32,000 bases of DNA from Candidatus Saccharimonadota bacterium. GTDB lineage: Bacteria > Patescibacteriota > Gracilibacteria > BD1-5 > UBA6164. The stretch covers positions 1 through 32,000 of the forward strand of contig OZ245768.1 in assembly GCA_965227835.1 (NCBI GenBank), in the 5' to 3' direction. A program made the translations under genes and the position numbers. Shown one piece after another: positions 21,289 to 30,952 of this stretch; position 1 is the stretch's first letter, and every line of letters begins with the position of its first letter. The notes beneath the pieces are model-generated. The model did not search any database. It saw nothing but the letters and a program-made list of their open reading frames with translations, and was not told the DNA's origin.

Positions 21289-22620
21289 TTATAAATTTTT
21301 TGTGAGAGAAACTATATTTTTTTCAAGGTCAGATACATTTTTCAGTTTTATAAGTTCTATATTACTTTTCAAGTTGCAGTCTGCTAGAAATATTTTTTTA
21401 AATCCCATTTTTTCAGCTTCTTTTATTCTTTTTTCTATTTGTATAACTTTTTTTATATTTCATGTTAGAGATATTTCTCATATAAATACTATATCTTTGG
21501 GAATTACTTTATTTAGTTTACTGGAAATTATAGATGCTGCTATTGCTAAATCAATTCAAGGTTCTGATATTTTTAATCATCTCGATATGTTTGTATATAC
21601 ATCATAAGATTCTAGAGATATTTTAGTATATTTTGATAAAACAGCTATTATCAAATCTAGTTTTGAGCTGTTTATTCATCTTGCACTTCTTTTGGGATAT
21701 CAAAACTTGGTATATGTTGTGAGTCATTCTGTTTCTACCACCAATGTTTTTGTTCATTCTACAGTTATGCTTAGACTTGATCATATAGTATTTTTGGAGT
21801 CACTTATAAACTCCAAACTTGGATTTTTTAAATCTTTTAATCACTCTTCTTCCATTTTGAATATTCATATTTCACTTGTATTACCAAATCTGTTTTTAAG
21901 TGTTTTGAGTATTCTTAGATTATCATATTTTTCTCATTCTAGATATAATACTGTATCAACCATATGTTCCAAAGTTTTTGGTCAGGCTATGTCTCAGTCT
22001 TTGTTTACGTGTCATATTATAAAAAGAGATGTATTTGTATTTTTGGCATATGTTACTAGTAGTTCTGTTATATATTTTATTTGACTTATGCTTCAAGATA
22101 TACTTGATATATTTGAAGAGTGCATTACTGAAATAGAGTCTATTATTGCTATATCACATTTATTTTTACTTAGAGTTTCTATTATGTTTTCTATATTTCT
22201 TTCAGATAGTAGTTCTATATTTTCTCAATATATGTTTAGTCTTTTTGCTCTTGAACTTACTTGATTTATAGTTTCTTCTCATGATATATATATTGTTTTT
22301 TTATCAGCTACCCAACTAGCTATTTGAAGGGTGATTGTGGATTTTCATATTCATGGTTCTCATGTTATAAAACTTACTCATCATGGTGTTATTCATCATC
22401 ACAACACATTATTTAATTCTTGAGAGCTTGTTTTTATTTTATAGTTTGTCTTTTCATTTTGTATTTCAGATATTTTTTTTAGTTCTTTTATTTCTGCCTT
22501 TTTTCAATTGCTTGTTACATCTGGTTTTTTAAATTCTTTTAGTGTAGACCAAGATTTACAAAATAGGCATTGTCATGACCATTTCAAGCTTTCATTTCAG
22601 CATTCACTGCATATATACAT
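21289..22620 (-). CDS. radA: DNA repair protein RadA/Sms
   Basis: Zn-finger CSECG..CLFC, Walker A ITGEPGIGKSTITLQ, KNRFG motif, and a Lon-protease-like C-terminal domain. 444 codons. Confidence 0.95.
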
Positions 22621-22788
22621 ACTAGATTTTTATTTATAAAATTTATTTTAGTGTATAAATAGTATATAAAAAGTAAAATTTTTTTTGACGGATAGTGAGA
22701 AAGCTCATTAACATATAATGCATTAGGAAATAAAATAAACATTATGTAATCAAATGTTTAATTCTCATGCTAAATACCAATAATTATT

Positions 22789-22900
22789 TTTTTTAATTTA
22801 TAAATATCAAAAAAGAGAGAAATAAATTTCTCTCTTTTTTTAAATTCATTGTTTCAAATGGCTAAAGCCATCTGTTGCCAAAAAGATTATTTTTTTCTGA
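22789..22900 (+). repeat. Direct repeat A (112 bp) containing a terminator hairpin
   Basis: Matches 27902-28012 with one T/C substitution and one T indel. Contains aaaaaagagagaaat..atttctctctttttt (22809-22841) and the small hairpin atggc-taaa-gccat. Confidence 0.9.
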
Positions 22901-22983
22901 TTTTTATTCAAGAATTTCCCTGGTTAAAATTTATAAAAAAGGTTATTTTTTCATAGAAGTTAATTTTCAAATATCTTTTTAAA

Positions 22984-23919
22984 CTAATCTCATCATAATA
23001 AATCACTAATTTTATCTAACATCCAGTTTTTTGTCTTTTCAACTTTCAGACTACTTGAAGCTTGTTCTCTAGTTTCTTTTTGATTTTGCAATAGAGTGTC
23101 TCTTTTTTCTATTGCTTTAATACATAGGTTGTAAATTTCTATAGTAATTAAAGGTTTTCATTCAGTAGGATTTAAATATTCGTCTAATTCTTGTTTTGTT
23201 ACTTCGAGTCACATTCTTACTCATTGGGCATTTTCATAAAATCTAGTATCTAAACATTGATTTGGTAGTTCTATTATAGCTCTTCTTAATAACATTCTCA
23301 CATCATCTTCTTCAGGAATATATCATTTTCAAGCAAAATACACTATGTCTTTTATTCTTATTGCTCAAGAAGCTATGGAAGCTTTTAAGGACATTATATC
23401 TATTGTAACTTTATCTCATTTTCATTCTTTTATAGATTTTATTACTCAATAATGAATCCATAAATTTTGATAAAAATTTATTTTGTTAATTGCTAAAATA
23501 AAATTTGGATTTATCTCTCAGTTCTCTAAATATACTTTTATTTCTTTTCAGTTTTTAAAAATAGATTTTCATTTTAATTCAAATCAAGCTTCTTTTGCAT
23601 GTGTACTAGCATGTTCATCTTCAAAAGCTGATAATAATCAATTTAAAAACTCTAATCAATTATTTTCTGAGTATATATATAAATTTCACCTCAGATTTTC
23701 ATTTAGTATTATTGCTATATCATCTACAACTCATATTTTTAATTCATTAAATTCTTCAATGCTTATATCTAAATCTCCTTTAATTAAACTTCTAATCTTA
23801 TTTTCTCTTTCTATTTTATTTTCTATAGCACTATCAAAAAAACCTTGAGCTGTTTTTTCTTCTCAAGATGTTCTTACTTCATAGTAAGTTTGATTATTTA
23901 ATTCTATTCAAGTATCCAT
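22984..23919 (-). CDS. Cassette gene C: orphan 311-aa protein
   Basis: Uninterrupted table-25 ORF (ATG 23919, TAG 22984-22986), 25 nt after gene B. No family recognised. Confidence 0.7.
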
Positions 23920-23944
23920 AAATATTATTTTATAATTAAATATT

Positions 23945-26494
23945 TTATTCTTGGTTTGTTTGTCTTTTAAATCCAGGAGTGTAATTAATAGAAGTTCTAT
24001 TTTGTATTGATTCTAGATATTTTTTTACCCCTTCAACATCTTTTATCTTTAATATCCAGTTAATATTTCATAAACTCATCTGTATTTCATCAATTCTTCC
24101 TCAAGATTCACTTATTTCAATAAGTTTATTAAATTCTGCCATTCTCTGTAGCTTATAATTTCTCACATATTTTATATCTTCTATAGTGTTTACTCTTATT
24201 CATAAAGCTTCCAGTTCAGTAATCCTTTGTTCTATTTTATCATTAATGAGTGATTCTGCTTCTAATTTTAAATTTAATATATTTTCGTTTGTAGAAATAA
24301 GACTTTGAAATTCAGAATCAATTTTGGAATCCAAACCTCAAAATCATTTCATTAAGTTTTCTATATTTCATGAAAGTACATCTTTAATTTCTAAATTAAC
24401 TCCTCACTCTGATTCAGGATAATTAGAAGATTTTGTATTTGTACTTTTGTTACCAACTTTGGTTCTTATAACACTAGAACTATTATTTATTAATAATAAT
24501 TCTTTAGGATTGTATCATAGTTTTACCAAAAATAAAAGCCCTAAATTGGATAATATATTTTCAGGAGCCTGTCAGTTTTCAAATATATTATCCCCATAGA
24601 ACATATTTTGTGATAAAAATTCTATACCAGTAAATGCTCATAATTCTACTGAATTGTTTATAGTCTTTCAAGAAAGTTTTGAACTATCTACTCACATTTT
24701 ATTTAAAAATGGGTATGTATGCTTCATAACACTAAATAAACCTGCTCATGCTATGGATCATGCAAGAAAATCTTTTAGTGTATATCATTCAAAAGTTCCT
24801 CTTGATTGTCTTGTTCTATTTATTAATTCAAAAGACGTTCATTCTAAAAAATCTACTCATAAAGCTCATTTAAAAGTAGCTTGTTTTATTCAAAAAATAA
24901 ATTTAGATATTCTTCATATTACAAAAGCTGTTAAAGGTATAGATATTACTTCTTCTAATAGTATATTCTTTGTATTTATGCTTAGGTTAAATACTTCATT
25001 TGTTGGATCAAATAAATCTTTATATTGTTCTATTAATTCTTTTTTTTCTCAGGTTATCTTTCATAGTTTAATTTTTGATTCAAGATTTTTGAATATGTCA
25101 TATTCAAGTTCTTGTTCTAATTCTAATTTAGTGAGTATTCTTGCTCTTATTTCTATTTCTTCTTCTGATATATCAGGCATCTTTTCTCTAATAATTTCTT
25201 TATTTTTACTTACTTTTTCCTCTATATCTATATTCCCTTTACTTATTATTTCTCACAGTACCATTTCATATTCTCAACTAAAAGTATTTGTGAGTTTATA
25301 TTTTAAGGAATAAAGAAAAGAAGGACTTTTAAATCTTAAATCAGGATTTGTTATTGGATTATCTGTACTTATGTCTACAAATCATTTAATTGCCTCAGTA
25401 TATATTTGTTCATTTGTTCATTCTATATTTACTGAACTCAACACTCTTGTAAAACTGTTAAATCTTTCAGTAATTCTTTTTATATGATTATTATTTAGTC
25501 TTATGATATTTTCATAGTTATCGGGTATTGGTCATCAATGCCTAGCTGGATTTTTTTTATTTACCCAGTCTTTGATTTTTCAATGAAATTTTTGAGATTT
25601 TTCTTCTAATTTATCAATTATTTGTTCTCCAGATAATTCTTTATTTTCAAAAATTTTTTCAATATTTCTTTTGAAACTATCATAAAGTTCTTTTTCTCAA
25701 TCAAGATAAGAAATACTGTCATCTAAGTTTATAACTTCAAAACTATCCAATACTATAAATACTGCTTGTTTTATTCTCAATGCTTTCATTTTTTCAGAGT
25801 CTTCTATTATTGAAGCAAATTCTATTGCATTTATCATAGCCTCTACTATTGGTTTTTTATCAGTAGGGATATCTAAATCTTGTATACTCTTATCTTCATC
25901 TCTTAAATATTTTAAAGCTCCTTTTAAATCTCCATTACTTAAATGTAATTTTAACCCTGGAAAGATTTGTAATAATAAATTAGAATTATCAGTTATTTGA
26001 TTAATATATTCTCTGTCAATTCATTCTTCTTCTAATTTTAGAGTAAGCATTTGAGCTATATTAATTCAAGTATTAATTGTTTCATATTCATTTTCGAGTA
26101 CAGTATGACCTATTCAATCTAAATATGTTGTTCTAAGTTGTCAGTCTCAACCTACTGATAATTTACTCCTTTCAGATTCACTAAAAGTACTAAGAAAAGC
26201 CTCTTGTGTTTTATCTCACCAGCTTCCATCTATCTCTCAATCATATCCTCACATTATTTTTATTATTATTTGAATACATTTAGTTTCAAAATAATTACTT
26301 CTATCTATTTCTCATTCTCTTATTATTACCTCTTTCATTTTAAGCGCAAATTCTTGATGACTCTCATCTGAATCTAATTCTTCTTTTATAATTTCTGGTG
26401 GAGTAATATCAAAATTAGCAGAACACTCATTTACTAGTTCTACTAATGATTTTTGTCATTCTTGCTGTTCATTTATTCTTTGTATTTCAGTCAT
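23945..26494 (-). CDS. Cassette gene B: orphan 849-aa protein with PG-binding-like motif, Gly-rich hydrophobic block and coiled coils
   Basis: 850 codons from ATG 26494 to TAA 23945-23947. Contains ..IQIIIKIMGGYDGEIDGSWGDKTQEAFLSTF..GGDGQLRTTYLDGI.. (PG_binding_1-like). About four hydrophobic Gly-rich helices lie near residues 560-700, with a heptad-like C-terminus. Confidence 0.75.
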
Positions 26495-26497
26495 ATT

Positions 26498-26782
26498 TTA
26501 TATATTATTTATTTCTAACTCAATATCTTTGAAATCTTTTTCTTTTTCTAATATTTCTTGTTTTTTTATGTTTATAATACTATTTCTAGCTTCAATTAAG
26601 TTATTTATACTGTTTTTATCTTTTGCACTTTTACTTGCTGTATTTAAAAAAGAAATTATGGTATCAACATAGCTTTCTTTAAATGATTTAGTATTGTATA
26701 ATCAAATAGCTAATTCTCACGCTAAATCCCATGAATTAGTTTCTTTTAATTTTATCAATATATTTAATAATTCCTGCTTCAT
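26498..26782 (-). CDS. Cassette gene A: small helical 94-aa protein
   Basis: Strong SD aaaggag lies 7 nt upstream of ATG 26782. The stop is 3 nt before the gene B start, suggesting translational coupling. Confidence 0.6.
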
Positions 26783-26818
26783 TTTCTTCTCCTTTGAATT
26801 AATTATTTGTTTTTTATA

Positions 26819-26848
26819 ATTTTAGCATATTTTTTGAAATTTTTGCAA
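26819..26848 (-). promoter_or_regulatory. Sigma70-like promoter for the cassette operon (TTGCAA-18 nt-TAAAAT)
   Basis: On the minus strand, TTGCAA is at 26843-26848 and TAAAAT at 26819-26824. It lies between the IS982 end and gene A. Confidence 0.4.
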
Positions 26849-26857
26849 ATATACTAC

Positions 26858-27872
26858 TAATGTGAATCTCGTTAGGCAAGAGATTTGTATTTAGAGGTAG
26901 AATCAAAGAATTTTTTTAGCTGATAAGCAGTTAAACATAATACATAATGAGAGAAATATCAAATTTCAGATCTAGCCAAAGAAGTTTCCATTCACATACG
27001 ATGTTTCAAAACAGAAAAAACAATCTCCACTCTCTGTCTCATTTTTAAAATTTGATGTTGAACCTTTGTCATTAATTTCTTCATATTTGCTTTTACTGCT
27101 GTAAATAAATGTTTTCCATTTTCTCTAGCCTTATCCTCCCAATTCTTTCATATGTATCAAGCATCAGCTACAATCATTCAAAATATATCTTTCCACATCA
27201 TTTCCATTCATCTTCTATCATCCATATTTCAAGATGTAATTCTAAAATTTAATATCTCCATATATTCATTACATATTATATGTAATTTAAATCAGTAAAA
27301 CCATCACATACTGCTTTTTCATTTATTAGATATCCTCTTAGATACTTTATGATTAAACTCTCTCTTTATTTTACATACTTCTAGTTTTGATGAGTCAACA
27401 AATTTTAACATATTCTCACCTGTATTTTCCTTGAAGATTTTCATAAAATATCATAATAACACAAGAGATAGAAAGGATATTTTATTTATTCACGATTTAA
27501 AGTTTTGATAATTTGGGAGATTTGGAAAATCTTTTTTATGGTATGTATTTATGAATTTGTAGTATGATTTCCAGTTGTCTTGTCATGAGAAAAATTTAAA
27601 TATTCATAGTGTTAGTAATTCTGCTAATTCTAGTTTAAATTTCTTACTTGGGGGTCTTTTGTTATTTGGTCTTTCTAAACAAAATTTTAAGTCTTTTAAT
27701 ATATTTTTTATAAAATCTGATACAAAGTCGTATATTGTTATTAAAATTATTATTAAATTTTCATCTTTCATATATAATTAATTTAAGATTATAAAGTATG
27801 TTAAAAAAATCACTCTATAATCTTATTTATTCCCTAGAATAAAACAGGTTTTGCCTAACGAGATTCACATTA
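26858..27872 (-). mobile_element. IS982-family insertion sequence (~1.0 kb)
   Basis: Perfect 22-bp terminal inverted repeats taatgtgaatctcgttaggcaa at 26858-26879 and 27851-27872 (reverse complement), enclosing one intact transposase gene. Confidence 0.9.
26872..27771 (-). CDS. IS982-family DDE transposase
   Basis: ..KFVDSSKLEVCK..GWFYGFKLHII..IVADAGYIG..RQRVEIVFSVLKHRMG.. are the IS982 signatures. 300 codons, with the stop inside the left IR. Confidence 0.92.
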
Positions 27873-27901
27873 ATAATATCAATTACATCATCTATTAACT
27901 G

Positions 27902-28012
27902 TTTTTTAATTTATAAATATCAAAAAAGAGAGAAATAAATTTCTCTCTTTTTTTAAATTCACTGTTTCAAATGGCTAAAGCCATCTGTTGCCAAAAAGAT
28001 TATTTTTTCTGA
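27902..28012 (+). repeat. Direct repeat B (111 bp)
   Basis: Partner of 22789-22900. The terminator hairpin is at 27922-27954. Confidence 0.9.
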
Positions 28013-28030
28013 AGAATGTTAATCTTTTAA

Positions 28031-28525
28031 GGCTCTCTTTTAGATTTTAATTTTCGGCATAATAGTAAAAAATGTGTGGCTAAAAATCCTATATTGGAAG
28101 CTAATAAAGAATTGAAGAAAATATGAGAATTACTTACTTGTACTGATAAAGAAACTTTTGAATATGAATTAGAAAAATATTATTTTAAATATGAGAGTTT
28201 TTTAAAAGAAAGAAAGTTAAATAAAAAATGAAAACTAGAATATATTCACAAGAGAACAAGATCTGCTTATTTTTCTTTAAAAAGAAATTTGAAATATTTA
28301 TTTACTTGGTATGATTATTATTGAAAGCTGGATATACCAAATACAACAAATGCTCTAGAATGAGTTTTTGGTCATTTAAAAGTTAAGGTTAGTCTTCATA
28401 GAGGATTAAAAAAACAGAGAAAAATTAAATTAATTTTAGCTCTCATACATGGGAAAAACTAACTTAACCAGCCACACACTTTTTACAATTAAACCTAATT
28501 TTCTAGTTTCTGCTTTATAACCTAA
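28031..28525 (+). pseudogene. Transposase C-terminal fragment (DDE family uncertain), no start codon
   Basis: Open frame ..IHKRTRSAYFSLKRNLKYLFTWYDYYGKLDIPNTTNALEGVFGHLKVKVSLHRGLKKQRK.. has a TNxxEG-type last catalytic motif. There is no in-frame ATG before the conserved part. Confidence 0.55.
28065..28485 (+). mobile_element. Internally deleted IS remnant (~420 bp) with 17-bp terminal inverted repeats
   Basis: gtaaaaaatgtgtggct (28065-28081) versus agccacacactttttac (28469-28485), one mismatch. The interior holds only the C-terminal part of a transposase. Confidence 0.6.
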
Positions 28526-28537
28526 CAAAAAAAGGTT

Positions 28538-28720
28538 TTACCCTTTTTTTATTTCTTTCATTTTTAGTACTTCGTGTTTTCTTGTTTTTTTATTGTATTT
28601 TCTCAAGTTTGGTCATTTTACTCAATTTTCAAAATTCTTTTTTTGTATATTTGTAGAATGTACCATATTTCCTGTATCTGTAGAATAAAATGCTACATAG
28701 GTTCTTTTTCCTTTTGCCAT
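28538..28720 (-). CDS. rpmG: 50S ribosomal protein L33 (Cys-less form)
   Basis: MAKGKRTYVAFYSTDTGNMVHSTNIQKKNFENGVKGPNLRKYNKKTRKHEVLKMKEIKKG follows the L33 pattern (..Y.T.KN..N....L.L.KY....RKH..HKE.K). Confidence 0.8.
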
Positions 28721-28814
28721 TTTTTGAATAATTAATTATATATATTTTTTACGATTTTGGATTATATAAAAAAACTATATGTAAGCAAATTTTTTCAATT
28801 TTATAAATTGTCAT

Positions 28815-30524
28815 CTATTCTACAATTGTTTTATCTAAATCCATTCATGCAGGAACCATGGGGAATACATTTTCTTCTTTTTTAACTTTGTACCATATAA
28901 GACTTGGTCATTTTTCTCAATAAATTTCTTTAGAATACCTTTCCATTTGCTCACTGCTTTCTATTTTATATCACTTTATTCAATAAGATTCAGCTATTTT
29001 CATATAATCCGGTGATGAAATATCAACATTACTTCTTGTATTTTCATCAAACATATCCTGCCATTGTCTAACCATTCATAAATAAGAGTTATCAATTATA
29101 ACTATTTTTATATTTAGTTTAGGATACTGTTTCAACAATACTGTTAATTCTGGTAAATTCATTTGAAATCATCAATCTCCAGATATAGAAATTACTTGTT
29201 TTCAAGGGTTAGCTATTGCTGCTCATATAGCACTTGGTAGAGAAAATCACATAGTTCATAATCACGAACTTGAAAGCCAGTTTTTAGGATCTTTTATATC
29301 AAGTATTTGAGCTGCCCACATTTGATGCTGTCAAACATCAACGGTGTATATACAATTTTTTTCAGCATATTTATTTATAGAATTTAGTACCTGTTTTGTT
29401 CAAAATATATTTTCTTCTATTATGTATGGCTTCTCTTTCTGCCATTTTTTTATTTGTTTAATCCAAGATTCTATATCCAGTTTAGGGTTTTCTCATAGAT
29501 TTTTAGAAAATATATCTATAAAATTTTCAGCATCAGATCTAATAGATAGATTTGTTGAAACAAGTCTTCAAAGTTCTTTGTCATCTATATCTATATGTAC
29601 CACTTTTTTGTTTTTTCAAAAATTTGTGTAGGTTCAAACTATACGATCATCAAATCTAGATCATATATTTATTAAAAGATCAGAATTATGTACTGCCATA
29701 TTTGCATGATAGAATCAGTGCATTCAAAGCATTCACAATATATTCTCATCTTTATCATCAACTACTCATTTTGCAAGTAAAGTATATACCGTGGGGATAT
29801 TTAGTTTTCCTATAAGCTTTTTTATTTTTTGTGGGGCTTTTCAGTATTTGGTTCATTGTCATATAAGAAGTATAGGTCTTTTCGATTCTCATATTAATTT
29901 TTTTAATTCCTCCATTTTTTCAGGAGATATTTCGTCATTTTTCGTATGTTCAAATTTATTTATATAGTATGAGTCTATACTTGGAAACTCAAAACTTTCT
30001 GGATGTTGTGTTAAAAGTACATCTTTGGGTATATCTAAGTGTACTGGTCAGGGCCTTCAGCTTACAAGTATATTTAAGGCTTTCACTACTTCATAAACTA
30101 CTTTGTTTGGGTCATCGATTAATTTAAAATATTTTGATATGTGTTTTGATATTCAAACGGCATTTATTTCTTGAAATGCATTCTTTCATATCATATGACG
30201 AGGTACTTGTCCTGAAACTACAAGCATAGGTATTGAATCCATATAAGCATCTCCTAGTGGTGTTACTACATTTGTGAATCAAGGTCATGATGTAACTAGA
30301 GTTAGTGCTTTTTTTCATGTTGATCTAGTATACCCTTGTGCCATAAACCCTGCTCATTGCTCACTTGCGGGGAGTATATGTTTTACTTTATCTTTAAATT
30401 TGTTTAAAGAGTTATACAGTGGTATAGCTGCTCATCAAGGATATCAGAAAATAGTATCTATGTTTCAATATTCTATTATCGTTTTCAATATTGCATCTGC
30501 GCATGTAAAATTTTTTTTGTTCAT
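28815..30524 (-). CDS. ilvB: Acetolactate synthase large subunit (ThDP/FAD-type AHAS)
   Basis: ..[109 protein letters not shown]... 570 codons. Confidence 0.93.
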
Positions 30525-30540
30525 TTTTTGTAAAATTTAA

Positions 30541-30584
30541 TAAATAAAAAACACTTCTCTTTTGTCAGCAAAAGAGAAGTGTTT
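30541..30584 (-). terminator. Strong intrinsic terminator/attenuator about 17 nt upstream of the ilvB start
   Basis: Perfect 16-bp stem aaacacttctcttttg-tcag-caaaagagaagtgttt. On the minus strand it is followed by tttttattta. Confidence 0.75.
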
Positions 30585-30599
30585 GAAAAAAATACCCTC

Positions 30600-30665
30600 T
30601 TAACTGACTCGCAAGAAGACTAATACCACCACATTAGAAAGGATTATAAACGATATTTTTGGCAT
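30600..30665 (-). CDS. 21-codon mini-ORF MPKISFIILSNVVVLVFLRVS: candidate branched-chain amino acid leader peptide, or small hydrophobic peptide
   Basis: ATG 30665, TAA 30600-30602. 12 of 21 residues are Ile/Leu/Val. Locally GC-richer than the surroundings, and ends 15 nt before the terminator stem. Confidence 0.4.
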   Translation of the reverse strand: MPKISFIILSNVVVLVFLRVS

Positions 30666-30698
30666 TTTTTAATTTTTTAAATTTCTTTTATGTTTTGG

Positions 30699-30726
30699 AT
30701 AATAATTGTAAAGTATTTATAGTCAA
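30699..30726 (-). promoter_or_regulatory. Sigma70-like promoter for the leader-ilvB transcript (TTGACT-16 nt-TATTAT)
   Basis: On the minus strand, TTGACT is at 30721-30726 and TATTAT at 30699-30704. It lies just inside the MITE-like copy R. Confidence 0.35.
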
Positions 30727-30735
30727 AGTTTTTTG

Positions 30736-30952
30736 CTTAAATCTACCCAGTTTTTTGTATTTTATAGTTTATTTTTTACCTTTATATAAGTAAAAACAGA
30801 GATTTTATATTGATTGAATTTTATAAAGATAAAGTTAGCTTAAATAAGTCATTTATAAAATACTAAAGATAAAACACTAAAAATAGCTTAATTTCCCTTT
30901 ATTTAAAGTAAAATATAGGTATACTTTTTATAAAAAGTGGGTAGTTTTGAGT
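30736..30952 (-). mobile_element. MITE-like 217-bp element, copy R (inverted relative to copy L)
   Basis: Reverse complement of 17178-17394. Flanked on both sides by ttttg, a possible 5-bp target duplication. Confidence 0.6.

Noticed and set aside
24654-25313. 219-aa standard-code ORF on the + strand, the longest ORF in the supplied track
   Set aside because: It lies antisense to the 849-aa table-25 gene, is Ser/Phe/Ile/Leu low-complexity with no motif, and is the usual shadow ORF of AT-rich coding DNA. The same applies to 23483-23848, 21692-22084, 21302-21607, 19533-19841, 16515-16907 and 15941-16252.
22789-28012. The 111/112-bp direct repeats as a diversity-generating retroelement template/variable repeat pair
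   Set aside because: The copies differ by one T/C change and one T indel, not by adenine-specific substitutions. Both are intergenic terminator regions, and no reverse transcriptase is present in the window.
30585-30665. A complete classical attenuator with a defined antiterminator helix
   Set aside because: The only upstream segment resembling the terminator 3' arm (aagagggtattt) would form about 7 pairs including wobbles and abuts the stem. Attenuation is therefore reported as a hypothesis only.
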